A stretch of 64,000 bases of DNA from Veillonella parvula (GCF_945949885.1 NZ_CAMFFZ010000005.1:13010-77009), one strand, 5' to 3'; positions 9,354 through 20,188 are shown, numbered from the stretch's first letter. Translations and numbers: made by a program. Notes: generated by a model from the letters alone, not told the origin.

Positions 9354-11177
9354 TTATACTGTCATACCTGCAGCATAGTTTTCATATAGTTCTTTATAGT
9401 GACCACCGCGTTTGATGAGTTCGTGGTGTGTTCCTTGTTCTACGATGATGCCGTTTTCTACAACTAGTAGGAAATCGGCATTTTTTATTGTTGATAAGCG
9501 ATGGGCGATAACGATACTAGTTCGACCTTTGAGAAGGGTGTTCATGGCTTTTTGAACTTCCACCTCGGTGCGGGTATCTACGTTAGCCGTTGCTTCGTCA
9601 AGGATGAGAATGCTAGGATCGGCTAAGAAAGCCCGAGCGATGGTAATTAATTGGCGTTGACCTTGGGATAGATCATCGCCACCTCGGTTGAGCATCGTAT
9701 CATATCCATTTGGTAAGGTGCGGATAAAGTGATCTGCCATGGCAAGCCTTGCTACATGCTCGATTTCTTCTCGTGTAGCATTTGGTTTGCCGTAGCCAAT
9801 ATTATCAGCGATAGTACCAGTGAATATCCAAGCATCTTGTAATACCATGCCCACCGTGTTGTGTAAGCTTTCACGAGATACATCACGAATATCCACGCCA
9901 TCGATGGTGATGCGTCCATTCATAATATCATAGAAGCGCATGATGAGATTCACTAATGTAGATTTACCAGCTCCGGTAGGCCCTACGATGGCTACCATAG
10001 AGCCAGCTGGAATATGGATATTAATATCCTTCATAAACACATTGGACGGTGTATAACCAAAATCAACATGTTTAAAATCGATTGTACCTGTATGGGCCTG
10101 ATTACTCGGGTTTTGGGACATCATAGGTGATTTGGTAGTAGTCGTTTCTGTATCAGCTCCGGATTCATTATCGAATAATGTTAGTTTACCATCGTCAATT
10201 TCAGACTGTGTATCAATGACTTCATAAATACGACCTAAGGCTGCAGCAGTTTCTTGGAATTTTGTCATGATATAGGAGCTGCGAGATAGAGGATCCGATA
10301 CTTGACCTACGTAGAGAAAGAAGGCCTGAATATCCCCAATGGATATGGAGCCACGCAGTACCATGAGCCCTCCTTGAATGGCAACAAGGCAATAGGTGAT
10401 TTGATTTAGAAACTTAACGAGCGGTTCTACTAGTTGACTTGTGAAAGCAGCGCTTCTCATACTTTTAAATAGATTATTATTTAGTACTTTTACTTGACTC
10501 GTCGTATTTTCTTCGAGTCCAAAGGTCTGAATAATCGGTTTGCCTATAACGATTTCTTCAATGCCACTGTTGAAAGCTCCCAATGCATTCTGATTTCTAA
10601 GATATACAAGGCGGGCTCGTTTAGATAGCCACGTTAAGCATACGATACCAATCAGTATGATGACGATGATGGATGCTCCCAGAATTGGGCTAATCCAAAG
10701 CATCATAGCAGTGGCACCGATGATACCGATAATGGCGGACACAAGGCCTGGCACACCTTCGCCTATGGTTTCTGCCACAGCATCTAAGTCTGAGGTGAGA
10801 CGGCTTAGTAAATCACCTCGTTGGTGATCGTGAAAGTATTCGATGGGCAACGAGTATAGATGAGTACTCATGCGTGTACGTAAAGCGAGTACTGTTTTTG
10901 AACCTATAGAGGCCATCATGTATTCCCCAAAGTAGGTGAATAAGGCATGTCCACTATAGATAGCAATAAGCCAGAGAATAATTGTATCAATAGAGGCAAA
11001 TATTGTATTAATGTCTTGGTTTGTTTGTAATCCGCTAACAATAGCATCTACGACCTTGCCAAGTAATACTGGAGCTGATACCTCAAACATAGCTGCTGTG
11101 ATAAGGGCTAAGATGAGTAGTGCTAGCCAACCCCATTGACTTTTAGAATCGATTAGGAAACGACGTAATGGGCTCAT
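9354..11177 (-). CDS. ABC exporter, fused permease/ATPase (heterodimer partner B)
   Basis: Six-TM domain followed by Walker A GPTGAGKST, signature LSQGQRQ and Walker B ILILDEATANVD. Overlaps the upstream partner by 4 nt. Confidence 0.9.
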   Translation of the reverse strand: MSPLRRFLIDSKSQWGWLALLILALITAAMFEVSAPVLLGKVVDAIVSGLQTNQDINTIFASIDTIILWLIAIYSGHALFTYFGEYMMASIGSKTVLALRTRMSTHLYSLPIEYFHDHQRGDLLSRLTSDLDAVAETIGEGVPGLVSAIIGIIGATAMMLWISPILGASIIVIILIGIVCLTWLSKRARLVYLRNQNALGAFNSGIEEIVIGKPIIQTFGLEENTTSQVKVLNNNLFKSMRSAAFTSQLVEPLVKFLNQITYCLVAIQGGLMVLRGSISIGDIQAFFLYVGQVSDPLSRSSYIMTKFQETAAALGRIYEVIDTQSEIDDGKLTLFDNESGADTETTTTKSPMMSQNPSNQAHTGTIDFKHVDFGYTPSNVFMKDINIHIPAGSMVAIVGPTGAGKSTLVNLIMRFYDIMNGRITIDGVDIRDVSRESLHNTVGMVLQDAWIFTGTIADNIGYGKPNATREEIEHVARLAMADHFIRTLPNGYDTMLNRGGDDLSQGQRQLITIARAFLADPSILILDEATANVDTRTEVEVQKAMNTLLKGRTSIVIAHRLSTIKNADFLLVVENGIIVEQGTHHELIKRGGHYKELYENYAAGMTV

Positions 11178-13033
11178 TCTGTCACCTCCTGAGATGCTAA
11201 AATTTGTTGATATACAGTTGAAGTGTTTGCTAGCTCATCATGTGTGCCATAGCCTGCTACTTGTCCACGATTGATAATTAAGATATGATCTGCTTTTTTT
11301 GCAGCACTTACCTTTTGCTCCACAGAGATGAGGGCGGGTCGATTATCCTTTTGCAATTCTTTGTGTAATGCTGTACGAACGGCACGTTCTGTGGTGCCAT
11401 CGAGGGCAGAGAAGCTATCATCGAATATGAATAAATCAGGTTTACGTACTAAGGCTCTAGCCATAGCAAGGCGTTGCCGTTGACCACCGGATAGATTAGT
11501 GCCACCTTGGGCAACCATATGTTGGTAACCACCATCAAGGCGATTGATAAATTCATCAGCCTTGGATAGACGACATGCATTTTCTACATCTTGAGTAGTA
11601 ACTTCTTGATTTGGTGCTGTACCATATCGTACGTTCATGTCTACCGTACCAGTAAATAAATAAGCTCGTTGTGGCACATAACCAATGCGAGCGCGCAAGT
11701 CATCTACATTCCATTCGTAGATGGACTTACCTTTAAATAGAATATCGCCAGACTCAATTGAGAATAGGCGAGGGATAAGGTTTGTAATCGTACTTTTACC
11801 TGACCCAATATCACCCATAATAGCTAAAGTTTCACCGTGATGTACCGTAAAGGAAATATTTTCTAAAGTCGGTGATTCCGCATTATCGTAGCGGAACGTA
11901 ACGTTGCAGAACTCGAGAAGAGGTGTATCATCGCTTGTCGATGTCGATGTCGATGTCGATGTCGATGTCGATGTCGATGTCGATGTCGATGCCGCAATGT
12001 TTTTGCTATTTTCTAGATTAGCCATATGATTCATAGGATAGGAATCTAAATTTGTATCATTTTTATTATATGGCTCAGGGAATATATCCGAGTTTTTGTG
12101 TTCTAACAACTCTCGAATACGGGTGTAGCATACAATAGCTTCAGGAATATCGATGATTACGAAAATAGCCATGAGCATACTTAATAAAATGAGGTTAGCG
12201 TATTCGATGACGGCTATGATATCCCCTACCTGTAGTGAGCCCATGCTGACGTTATGTCCGCCGAGCCATAGGATGGCAACGGTACTCATATTAAATAGAA
12301 TCAATATGGTAGGCAAACCAATGGCAAAGGTTTGGCGCAATCGTCTATTGAGTTGTGCTGTTTCTGTAAACATACAGATTTCTTTTTTGTTTTCGTAGCT
12401 TCGCCTGTTGAAAGCTCGTATAACAGGCATGCCCACAATATGATCGCGTACCGTGTCTGTAATGTCATCTAACTTCAGCTGTATCGCTTTGATGAGCGGT
12501 AAAGCACGATTTTCAATAAAGATGATAGTGAGTATCATACAAGTCATAACGACGAGGATGACGAGACCTAGTTGCCAGCTTTTATAGAATGTAAGACCTA
12601 AACCGACACAAATCATAAGCGGCATAGGGAGAATCATATTTAATCCTTCTCCTAGAACCGATTGGATTTTCTCTACGTCGCGGCTTGTTCGCATGAGTAT
12701 GGTACCGGTGCCAAAGTGTGTGAAGTCTCGTAGTGAAAAGTATTGTAGGGATGTTACCAAATCATTGCGTAATTCCTTGCTCATAGAGGCAGAGATGTGG
12801 GCACTCATGGCTACGCCTAGAATAGCGGATAGCACAGTTAGTAATGCCACAATAAGCATGTTCATGCTAGAGTTTGTGATCATGTCTAAATCGCCACGAA
12901 GTACGCCATCATTGATGATGGATGCCGTTAAGGTTGGTATATATAATGTGCCTGCCACGGTGAGTAACGAAAGAATTGATACGATGATGACTGGAAACCA
13001 TAAAGGTTTTATATAGCGTATAAAAGGTTTCAT
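11174..13033 (-). CDS. ABC exporter, fused permease/ATPase (heterodimer partner A) with a poly(Ser-Thr) linker
   Basis: Six-TM domain, then a linker containing (ST)9, then Walker A GDIGSGKST, signature LSGGQRQRLAMARAL and Walker B LFIFDDSFSALD. Confidence 0.9.
   Translation of the reverse strand: MKPFIRYIKPLWFPVIIVSILSLLTVAGTLYIPTLTASIINDGVLRGDLDMITNSSMNMLIVALLTVLSAILGVAMSAHISASMSKELRNDLVTSLQYFSLRDFTHFGTGTILMRTSRDVEKIQSVLGEGLNMILPMPLMICVGLGLTFYKSWQLGLVILVVMTCMILTIIFIENRALPLIKAIQLKLDDITDTVRDHIVGMPVIRAFNRRSYENKKEICMFTETAQLNRRLRQTFAIGLPTILILFNMSTVAILWLGGHNVSMGSLQVGDIIAVIEYANLILLSMLMAIFVIIDIPEAIVCYTRIRELLEHKNSDIFPEPYNKNDTNLDSYPMNHMANLENSKNIAASTSTSTSTSTSTSTSTSTSDDTPLLEFCNVTFRYDNAESPTLENISFTVHHGETLAIMGDIGSGKSTITNLIPRLFSIESGDILFKGKSIYEWNVDDLRARIGYVPQRAYLFTGTVDMNVRYGTAPNQEVTTQDVENACRLSKADEFINRLDGGYQHMVAQGGTNLSGGQRQRLAMARALVRKPDLFIFDDSFSALDGTTERAVRTALHKELQKDNRPALISVEQKVSAAKKADHILIINRGQVAGYGTHDELANTSTVYQQILASQEVTE
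11937..11990. repeat. perfect hexanucleotide tandem repeat (GTCGAT)x9 inside the ABC exporter CDS
   Basis: Nine uninterrupted GTCGAT units counted directly. In frame, encoding STSTST... between the TMD and NBD. Confidence 0.95.
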
Positions 13034-13154
13034 TTAAATCCTTTCAGTAATTTTAGTTAAATTAATAATTTTCGATATCTATATTATATTGTATAAAATT
13101 AAAAACGGCTAGTTCAATAAAAAGTATTATAAAAAGTTTAGGGACTATTAATAA

Positions 13155-13930
13155 CTGTTATGTTTTAAGTTATGTACTCTTGTATGGCTCATCGGTGCTC
13201 CTGAAGGTCTTAGCGCAAATTCTTGGATTTATGTAAGTATTTTCGCAGGCCTCGTGGTGGGGTTGATTTTAGAACCAATGCCACCAGCTTTTATCGGTAT
13301 CATTGCAGTTACCGTATCTATGTTGTTTAAGGTTGGCCCTGCCCCTGTTGTAGATAAAGCAACTGGTGTAGCAAAGGCAATTACTGATGCTCAAGCTATT
13401 AGCTGGGGGCTTAGTGGTTTCTCTAATGCCATCGTATGGTTGATTTTTGCAGCCTTTATGATTGGTATTGGTTATGAACATTCAGGCCTTGGCCGTCGTA
13501 TTGCTTTATTCCTCGTAGCAAAACTTGGTAAGTCCTCCTTAGGTTTGGTTATGCCATTGCTATTACTGACCTTGTGTTGGCTCCATTTATTCCAAGTAAC
13601 GCGGCTCGTTCTGGTGGTACGATTTATCCAATCGTATCTAGTATTTGTCCGATGTTCGAATCCTATCCAGATAAAAACTCTCGTAAAATTGGTTCTTATT
13701 TGAACTGGGTGGCATTGGCAACTACATGTGTGTCTAGCTCCATCTTCTTGACTGGTGCAGCGCCAAACCCATTGGCTCTTGAGTTGTCTGCTAAGTCTGG
13801 TATCGTAGCGGCAAACTGGGGGACATGGTTCTTAGCTTTCTTACCAGTAGGTCTTATCTTGTTTATCATCACACCATTGTTGACTTATGTATTCTGCAAA
13901 CCAGAGGTAAAAGGTTCCCCTGAAATGGCA
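13155..13930 (+). pseudogene. decayed DASS-family (divalent anion:Na+ symporter, CitT/YflS-like) transporter gene
   Basis: The reading frame opens right after a stop at 13152-13154 and has no start codon. There is a 1-nt frameshift near 13547-13549: ...LGKSSLGL then, in the next frame, APFIPSNAARSGGTIYPI. The gene stops at roughly half the family length. Confidence 0.75.
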
Positions 13931-14024
13931 ATATTCGACAAATCTAAGAAAATAAATATAATATAATATTGATATGATAGTAAATATCTTTTTTTGAGTT
14001 TTCTGATGGAGGTAGTTTATTATT

Positions 14025-14429
14025 ATGTCTGCTACAGAGCGTGTTGTACAGTCGATTTTATATGAGCTAGGCTGTGTTTTGATTGGCTGTTTGGTGATGC
14101 AGTTTGTTCCGCATGAGGGGCAGCCTTTGGTCTTGATGATTATTTTTTCCTTGTTGGCGATGGTTTGGAATTTTGTGTTTAACTGGATATTTGATAAACT
14201 AGTACCAGGTGACCGATTAGCGCGAGGGCCTGTAATCCGCACAATTCATGCAGTGTTGTTTGAAGGTTTGTTTATGCTTGCCACAGTGCCTATTATTATG
14301 CACATGATGCATATGAGCTTTTGGATGGCCTTTGCTACAGATATAACGATGACATTAGTCATATTAGGTTATACTTATATTTATAATTGGGTATATGATC
14401 GAGCACGTCTATATTTTGTAGAGGCTTAA
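14025..14429 (+). CDS. PACE-family (AceI-like, bacterial transmembrane pair domain) efflux protein
   Basis: 134 aa with four TM helices in two tandem BTP-like halves (..RV.Q.ILYE.G..L... and ..R..HA.LFE.....). GGAGG RBS. Confidence 0.7.
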   Translation: MSATERVVQSILYELGCVLIGCLVMQFVPHEGQPLVLMIIFSLLAMVWNFVFNWIFDKLVPGDRLARGPVIRTIHAVLFEGLFMLATVPIIMHMMHMSFWMAFATDITMTLVILGYTYIYNWVYDRARLYFVEA

Positions 14430-14487
14430 TTTTAAATGTGAGGTAGGTACCTCTTGTAAAATCTATATCGTATAGTAGGAGGTTCTT

Positions 14488-14991
14488 ATGTCTACAAAGT
14501 CTATTACGGGCACAGGTTTCTTGTTGGCCGTTGCCTTATTGGTGCAAAGCTTGCGCCTCATTTTCCCCTTTATTCCTAATCAGGTGAGCATGTTCCTTAT
14601 CGGTTCCATTACGTCCGCAACCTTTGTACTCGCCACATGGCGCTATGGATGGGAGAATGGTCTTGTTATTGCTTGGATTGCACCAGTAGTGGCGCATTTA
14701 CAAGGCATGTTGCCGTTGCCGCCGTTTATTTTGATTACGGCCCTAGGAACGACAGCGTATGTATTCGTAGTCCACTGGTTACAACATAAACCAAAAGCAT
14801 TGCTTATCATTGTGGCGGCTTTGGTAAAAGCCGGCGTACTCTTTGGAGGGTACTCCTTGTTCTTCTCCTTGTTCCAATTTCCACCAAAGATTGTAAATAC
14901 CATGCTTTTTGTATCTAGTTGGCCTCAATTGGTAACATCTTCTTTAGGTATTATTTTGGCATTACTTATTACAAAACGTACTAAAAATTAG
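14488..14991 (+). CDS. small polytopic membrane protein, possibly an ECF-type substrate (S) component
   Basis: 167 aa with 5-6 hydrophobic helices and an AGGAGG RBS. The function is only inferred from size, topology and position upstream of methionine genes. Confidence 0.5.
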   Translation: MSTKSITGTGFLLAVALLVQSLRLIFPFIPNQVSMFLIGSITSATFVLATWRYGWENGLVIAWIAPVVAHLQGMLPLPPFILITALGTTAYVFVVHWLQHKPKALLIIVAALVKAGVLFGGYSLFFSLFQFPPKIVNTMLFVSSWPQLVTSSLGIILALLITKRTKN

Positions 14992-15044
14992 TCTAACTTA
15001 ACTTAGAGTTATGACAACCCATTCAAAATAGATATGACTTTTTC

Positions 15045-15077
15045 GGGGCACTCAGGCAGTATGAGTGCCCATTTTTG
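15045..15077 (+). terminator. rho-independent terminator
   Basis: GGGCACTCA / TGAGTGCCC stem followed by ATTTTT. Confidence 0.8.
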
Positions 15078-15107
15078 TTGACCTTAGTCATTGTCTACTT
15101 TTATAAT
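15078..15107 (+). promoter_or_regulatory. candidate sigma-70-type promoter of the metB-like operon
   Basis: TTGACC (15078-15083), 18-nt spacer, TATAAT (15102-15107). Confidence 0.45.
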
Positions 15108-15143
15108 TAACATATTGTATACAAATATGAGGAGTTGATAGGA

Positions 15144-16277
15144 ATGAAATTTAATACAAAATGTGTTCACGGCAGTGGTAAACCAGATAGCACTGGTGCA
15201 ATTTCCCCTGCAATCTATATGTCTAGTACATTTTCTCATCCAAAGTTGGGGGATACAACAGGTTATCAATATTCGCGCGAGTCTAATCCAACGCGCGACC
15301 GTTTGGAACAATTGATAGCTGGCCTTGAAGAAGGTACAGATGCATTGGCATTTTCCTCTGGTATGGCAGCTGTGGACACAGTATTCCACCTATTCTCTCC
15401 TGGAGATCACATCATCTTAGGTGATGATTTATATGGTGGTTCTATCCGTATGTTCACAAATATTTACGAACAGAACGGCATTGAGTTCACTTATGTAGGC
15501 ACCTCTGATCTTGATGCGGTGAAAGCTGCTTTTAAATCGAATACAAAGGCTGTTTATATTGAAACACCGACAAATCCTATGATGGAGATTACCGATATTC
15601 GTGCACTCTGTGCATTGGCGCATGCACGTAATGCGCTAGTAATCATCGACAATACTTTCCTAAGTCCATATTTCCAAAAGCCATTGACTTTGGGGGCCGA
15701 TATTGTCGTTCATAGTGGTACCAAATTCATTGGTGGTCATCACGATGTAATTTCTGGCTTTACTATTGTAAAAGATGAAGAAATCGCTGCAAAATTGCGT
15801 TTAACATACAAAACAGTTGGTGCATGCCTATCCGCTATGGATAGCTGGCTCGTTATTCGCGGCGTAAAAACATTGGCACTTCGTATGGAGCAACACCAAA
15901 AGAATGCCATTGCTCTTGCGGAATGGCTAAAGACACAACCTAAGGTAACAAAAGTATTGTTCCCAGGACTTCCTGAACATCCGGGCTATGAAATCAATAA
16001 AGCCCAAACAACAGGCTTTGGCGGCATGTTATCCTTCGAAGTAGATAACGAAGAAACGGCTAAACAAGTATTAGAAGGTATTGAGCTTATTCAATTCGCT
16101 GAAAGCCTTGGTGGTACAGAATCCTTGTTGACGTATCCTGTGACGCAAACACATCCAGATTTAAAACCTGAAGATGCAGAACGCAAAGGCATTACACGTC
16201 GTTTGTTGCGTTTATCTGTAGGGATTGAAGATACAGAAGACTTGATTGCGGACTTGGAACAGGCTTTTAACAAATAA
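15144..16277 (+). CDS. Cys/Met-metabolism PLP enzyme (cystathionine gamma-synthase / beta-lyase family)
   Basis: MKFNTKCVHG... N-terminus and PLP-lysine context HSGTKFIGGH. GAGGAG RBS before the ATG at 15144. Confidence 0.85.
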   Translation: MKFNTKCVHGSGKPDSTGAISPAIYMSSTFSHPKLGDTTGYQYSRESNPTRDRLEQLIAGLEEGTDALAFSSGMAAVDTVFHLFSPGDHIILGDDLYGGSIRMFTNIYEQNGIEFTYVGTSDLDAVKAAFKSNTKAVYIETPTNPMMEITDIRALCALAHARNALVIIDNTFLSPYFQKPLTLGADIVVHSGTKFIGGHHDVISGFTIVKDEEIAAKLRLTYKTVGACLSAMDSWLVIRGVKTLALRMEQHQKNAIALAEWLKTQPKVTKVLFPGLPEHPGYEINKAQTTGFGGMLSFEVDNEETAKQVLEGIELIQFAESLGGTESLLTYPVTQTHPDLKPEDAERKGITRRLLRLSVGIEDTEDLIADLEQAFNK

Positions 16278-16287
16278 AGGAATTCCT

Positions 16288-17472
16288 ATGGGACAATATA
16301 ATTTTGATCAAATAGTAGATAGAACTCATACAAAATCATTGAAATACGACTTTGCTGTAAAGCGCGGTAAACCTGCGGATGTGTTGCCATTCTGGGTAGC
16401 GGATATGGATTTTGAAATTCCCCCTGAGTTAAAACAAATCTTATTGGATCGTGTTAAGCATGGTGTTTTCGGCTATACAGAGTCTGACGATGAATACTTT
16501 GAAGTGTTGAAGAATTGGTTTGCTACGCGTTTTAACTGGACGCCAGAACAAAAATGGCTTGTTAAAACGCCTGGTATCGTATTTGCTTTAGCGATGGCGG
16601 TTCGTGCTTTTACCGAGGTTGGCGAAGGGGTGCTCATTAATCAACCTGTGTACTACCCATTTAGTATGGTTGTTGACGATAACAATCGTCGTCTTATCAA
16701 TGTGCCGCTCATCAAAGGCGACGAAAAATACACTATCGACTTTGAAGGTATCGAACGCGCTATTATCGAGGAGAATGTAACATTATTCCTCTTGTGTAAT
16801 CCGCACAATCCAGTAGGGCGCGTGTGGACTGAGGACGAGTTGAAACGCCTCGGCGACATTTGTATTAAACACAATGTGCTCATCGTGAGCGACGAAATCC
16901 ATGCTGACTTTGTTTGGGAAGGGCATACGCACAGGGTCTTTGCCGACCTTGGTGAAAGCTATGCAGAACACTGCATTGTATGTACAGCGCCTAGCAAGAC
17001 TTTTAACATTGCAGGCTTACAAGTAAGTAATATCTTTATTCCAAATGACTCCTTACGTCGTCGTTTTATAAAAGAAATTGACCGTGCTGGTTATAGCCAA
17101 TTGAACACGATGGGGATTGTGGGCTGTGAAGGAGCCTACAAAGTCGGGGCTCCTTGGCTTGATGAATTGAAAGAATATATTCAAGACAATATTCAATTCA
17201 CCATCGACTATGTAGCAAAATATATGCCAAGGATTCGTGCATATCGTCCTGAAGGGACCTATCTCATGTGGTTGGACTGCTCTCAATTGCCGCTTAGCCC
17301 TAAAGAGCGAGACGAATGGATCATCAATGATGCTAAGCTATGGCTCGATACGGGTTCTATGTTTGGTGTCGATGGGGAGGATTTTGAACGTATCAATGTT
17401 GCTTGTCCTCGCAAAATCTTGGAAGAAGGGCTCGAAGCTTGGCGTCACGCCTATGAGGCTAAAGACTTTTAA
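16288..17472 (+). CDS. patB: MalY/PatB-type class I/II aminotransferase (cystathionine beta-lyase activity likely)
   Basis: Starts YNFDQIVDRTHTKSLKYD, the typical PatB/MalY N-terminus. Has the SKTFNIAGL PLP-lysine motif. Confidence 0.85.
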   Translation: MGQYNFDQIVDRTHTKSLKYDFAVKRGKPADVLPFWVADMDFEIPPELKQILLDRVKHGVFGYTESDDEYFEVLKNWFATRFNWTPEQKWLVKTPGIVFALAMAVRAFTEVGEGVLINQPVYYPFSMVVDDNNRRLINVPLIKGDEKYTIDFEGIERAIIEENVTLFLLCNPHNPVGRVWTEDELKRLGDICIKHNVLIVSDEIHADFVWEGHTHRVFADLGESYAEHCIVCTAPSKTFNIAGLQVSNIFIPNDSLRRRFIKEIDRAGYSQLNTMGIVGCEGAYKVGAPWLDELKEYIQDNIQFTIDYVAKYMPRIRAYRPEGTYLMWLDCSQLPLSPKERDEWIINDAKLWLDTGSMFGVDGEDFERINVACPRKILEEGLEAWRHAYEAKDF

Positions 17473-17515
17473 TTAGATTAGGTTATCAAATTGTAGAATA
17501 TGTAGAGGTGACACT

Positions 17516-18475
17516 ATGCCTATTAAAGTAATAAAAAATTTACCGGCCATAACGAAATTAGCTCAAGAGAATATTTTCGTTATGGATACCGAACGGGCGG
17601 AAAATCAACAAATCCGACCCTTGCAAATTTTGCTTGTCAATTTGATGCCTACTAAAGAAGTGACGGAAACTCAGATTTTACGTGCTCTTAGTAATAGTCC
17701 ATTGCAAGTTAATTTGACTCTTTTGCATACCGCATCTCGTAAGGCTAAAAATACAGATGAACAATATTTAGAAACCTTCTACCGCACCTTTGATGAAGTA
17801 AAAGACCAGTTCTTTGACGGCATGATTATCACCGGTGCTCCTGTAGAGTTAATGCCTTTTGAAGAGGTAGACTATTGGTCTGAACTCGTAGAAATCATGA
17901 ACTGGGGCGAAGAGCATGTTTACTCTACGTTTTATATCTGTTGGGGTGCTCAAGCTGGCTTATATCATCACTTTGGCATTAATAAATCGATTATGGATGA
18001 GAAATTATTTGGTGTTTACGAACACGATATTTATAATGATCGACCAGTGCTCATGCGTGGATTTGATGAAAAGTTTTGGATGCCACACTCACGGCACACC
18101 ACAGTTTCGTTGCAACAAATTAAGGAAAATCGTGACTTGGAACTCTTGGCTGGGTCTGAACCAACAGGAGCTGCTATCGTTCGTAGTTTAGATAATAAAC
18201 ATATTTTTGTATTTGGTCATGCCGAATACGATTGGGATACACTTAACCGTGAGTACGTGCGGGATATCAAAAAAGGTATGGATATTGCGGTTCCTGAAAA
18301 CTACTTTCCGGATAATGATCCGAAACAACGTCCCGTCGTGCGCTGGCGCTCTGTAAGTACACTATTATTTACAAACTGGTTAAACTACTATGTATACCAA
18401 GAAACGCCATATATCATTGAACAAATACAAAAAATGAAATTTGAACGAGATAAAAATTTAGGCGCTTACATCTAA
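17516..18475 (+). CDS. metA: homoserine O-acyltransferase (MetA family)
   Basis: MPIKV...LP....L..ENIFVM N-terminus plus ICWGAQA and HSRHT motifs typical of MetA. Confidence 0.9.
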   Translation: MPIKVIKNLPAITKLAQENIFVMDTERAENQQIRPLQILLVNLMPTKEVTETQILRALSNSPLQVNLTLLHTASRKAKNTDEQYLETFYRTFDEVKDQFFDGMIITGAPVELMPFEEVDYWSELVEIMNWGEEHVYSTFYICWGAQAGLYHHFGINKSIMDEKLFGVYEHDIYNDRPVLMRGFDEKFWMPHSRHTTVSLQQIKENRDLELLAGSEPTGAAIVRSLDNKHIFVFGHAEYDWDTLNREYVRDIKKGMDIAVPENYFPDNDPKQRPVVRWRSVSTLLFTNWLNYYVYQETPYIIEQIQKMKFERDKNLGAYI

Positions 18476-18515
18476 ATTTAAGTACTTATTTCTAATTTAT
18501 TGTTAGTACTATGTA

Positions 18516-18580
18516 CCCCTAATTACTTCTAACATCTCTCAAGGGAGCGGGTTCTTTGGAAGTAATTAGGGGATTTTATT
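18516..18580 (+). terminator. long-stem terminator after metA
   Basis: CCCCTAATTACTTC / GAAGTAATTAGGGG 14-bp stem followed by ATTTTATTT. Confidence 0.75.
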
Positions 18581-18765
18581 TCTTATAAAATGATTTTGCT
18601 TGCTTTAGAGGCTTTGGTAAAAGTTTTCATCATCCTTTGTTCGCTATAGTTTAAAGTTATGGAGAAGACCATGTAAAAAATAGTAGACATATTTTTTAAA
18701 ACATAGTACTATACTAGGCATAAAGAATGAACTTAAAATATAGTTAATATAAAGGAGTTGTCACA

Positions 18766-20037
18766 ATGAGTAAACAATATAGATTTGAAACATTACAATT
18801 ACATGCTGGTCATACCGTGGACCCAACAGGTGCTCGCGCAGTGCCTATTTATCAAACTACATCTTTCGTATTTAAAGATGCTGAGGAAGCAGCAGGTCGT
18901 TTTGCATTGACTAATCCTGGTGCTATTTATTCCCGCCTTGGCAATCCTACAACCGATGTATTGGATGCTCGCGTTGCACAACTTGAAGGTGGTGCAGGCG
19001 GTATAGCTGTAGCATCTGGTTCTGCAGCAGTTACGTACTCTATTTTAAATGTAGCAGATGCTGGCGACAATATTGTTGCTGCATCCACATTGTACGGTGG
19101 TACTTATAATTTGTTTACTGCTACATTGCCTCGATTGGGGATTCAAACTAAATTCGTAAATCCCGATCATTTGGAAGAATTTGAAGCAGCTATCGATGAA
19201 AAGACTAAAGCCGTTTATATCGAATCTATTGGTAACCCTGGTATTAATCTTATCGATGTACAAGCAGTAGCTGATATTGCACACAAACACAATATCATCT
19301 TGATTGTAGACAATACATTTGCATCTCCATATTTGTTCCGTCCATTGGAGCATGGGGCTGACGTTGTTATTCATTCTGCTACTAAATATCTTGGTGGACA
19401 CGGTACAACATTGGCTGGCGTAGTTGTAGAATCTGGTAAATTTGATTATAAAGGTTCTGGTAAATATCCTGGCTTCTCTGAAGGGGATGAACACTATAAT
19501 GGTTTAGTGTATGGTGATCTACCAATTCCATTTACTGTAAAAATCCGTGCCCAATTGCTTCGCGATACAGGTGCATGTATTGCACCACTTGCAGCATGGC
19601 AAATCTTGCAAGGGGTTGAAACTTTGTCCTTGCGCGTAGAACGTCATGTAGAAAATACTCGTAAAGTAGTAGACTTCTTGAGTAAACACCCTAAGGTAGC
19701 ATGGGTAAACTATCCAGAATTAGCAGATAGCAAATATAAAGCGTTAGCAGATAAATATTTCCCTAAAGGTGTTGGCTCTGTATTCACATTCGGTGTAAAA
19801 GGTGGTAAAGAATCCGGTATTAAGCTAGTTGATTCTTTGGAAATCTTCTCCAATCTTGCCAACGTAGCAGATGCTAAATCTCTTGTTATTCATCCTGCAT
19901 CTACAACTCATGCTCAACTTAATGAAGAGCAACAAAAATCTGCTGGTGTTACACCAGACATGATTCGTTTGTCTATCGGTCTTGAAAATGTAGATGACAT
20001 CATCGAAGACTTAGTACAAGCTTTAGATAAAGCTTAA
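18766..20037 (+). CDS. metY: O-acetylhomoserine (thiol)-lyase / sulfhydrylase
   Basis: [17 protein letters not shown]-terminus and [14 protein letters not shown]-lysine motif. AAGGAG RBS. Confidence 0.9.
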   Translation: MSKQYRFETLQLHAGHTVDPTGARAVPIYQTTSFVFKDAEEAAGRFALTNPGAIYSRLGNPTTDVLDARVAQLEGGAGGIAVASGSAAVTYSILNVADAGDNIVAASTLYGGTYNLFTATLPRLGIQTKFVNPDHLEEFEAAIDEKTKAVYIESIGNPGINLIDVQAVADIAHKHNIILIVDNTFASPYLFRPLEHGADVVIHSATKYLGGHGTTLAGVVVESGKFDYKGSGKYPGFSEGDEHYNGLVYGDLPIPFTVKIRAQLLRDTGACIAPLAAWQILQGVETLSLRVERHVENTRKVVDFLSKHPKVAWVNYPELADSKYKALADKYFPKGVGSVFTFGVKGGKESGIKLVDSLEIFSNLANVADAKSLVIHPASTTHAQLNEEQQKSAGVTPDMIRLSIGLENVDDIIEDLVQALDKA

Positions 20038-20159
20038 TCTTTCACATCTTTAGTTTGAAAACTATAGATCAAACTTTCAGAACTTACAAATGACATCCTT
20101 AAGCTGAACTTTGCTTAAGAAATAGAACACATAACTATCAAACCTATAAAACTTATACA

Positions 20160-20188
20160 AAAGACCTCCCGTTGGGAGGTCTTTTTGT
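20160..20188 (+). terminator. rho-independent terminator of metY
   Basis: AGACCTCCC GTT GGGAGGTCT followed by TTTTT. Confidence 0.85.

Noticed and set aside
11937-11990. Possible CRISPR-like or regulatory repeat array
   Set aside because: The units are 6 nt, contiguous and without spacers, and lie in frame inside a CDS. This is a coding microsatellite, not a CRISPR array.
13254-13966. Two separate ORFs (149 aa and 130 aa) as independent small membrane proteins
   Set aside because: Together they read as one DASS-family transporter broken by a single-base frameshift. The tail of the first ORF and the head of the second are out-of-frame nonsense.
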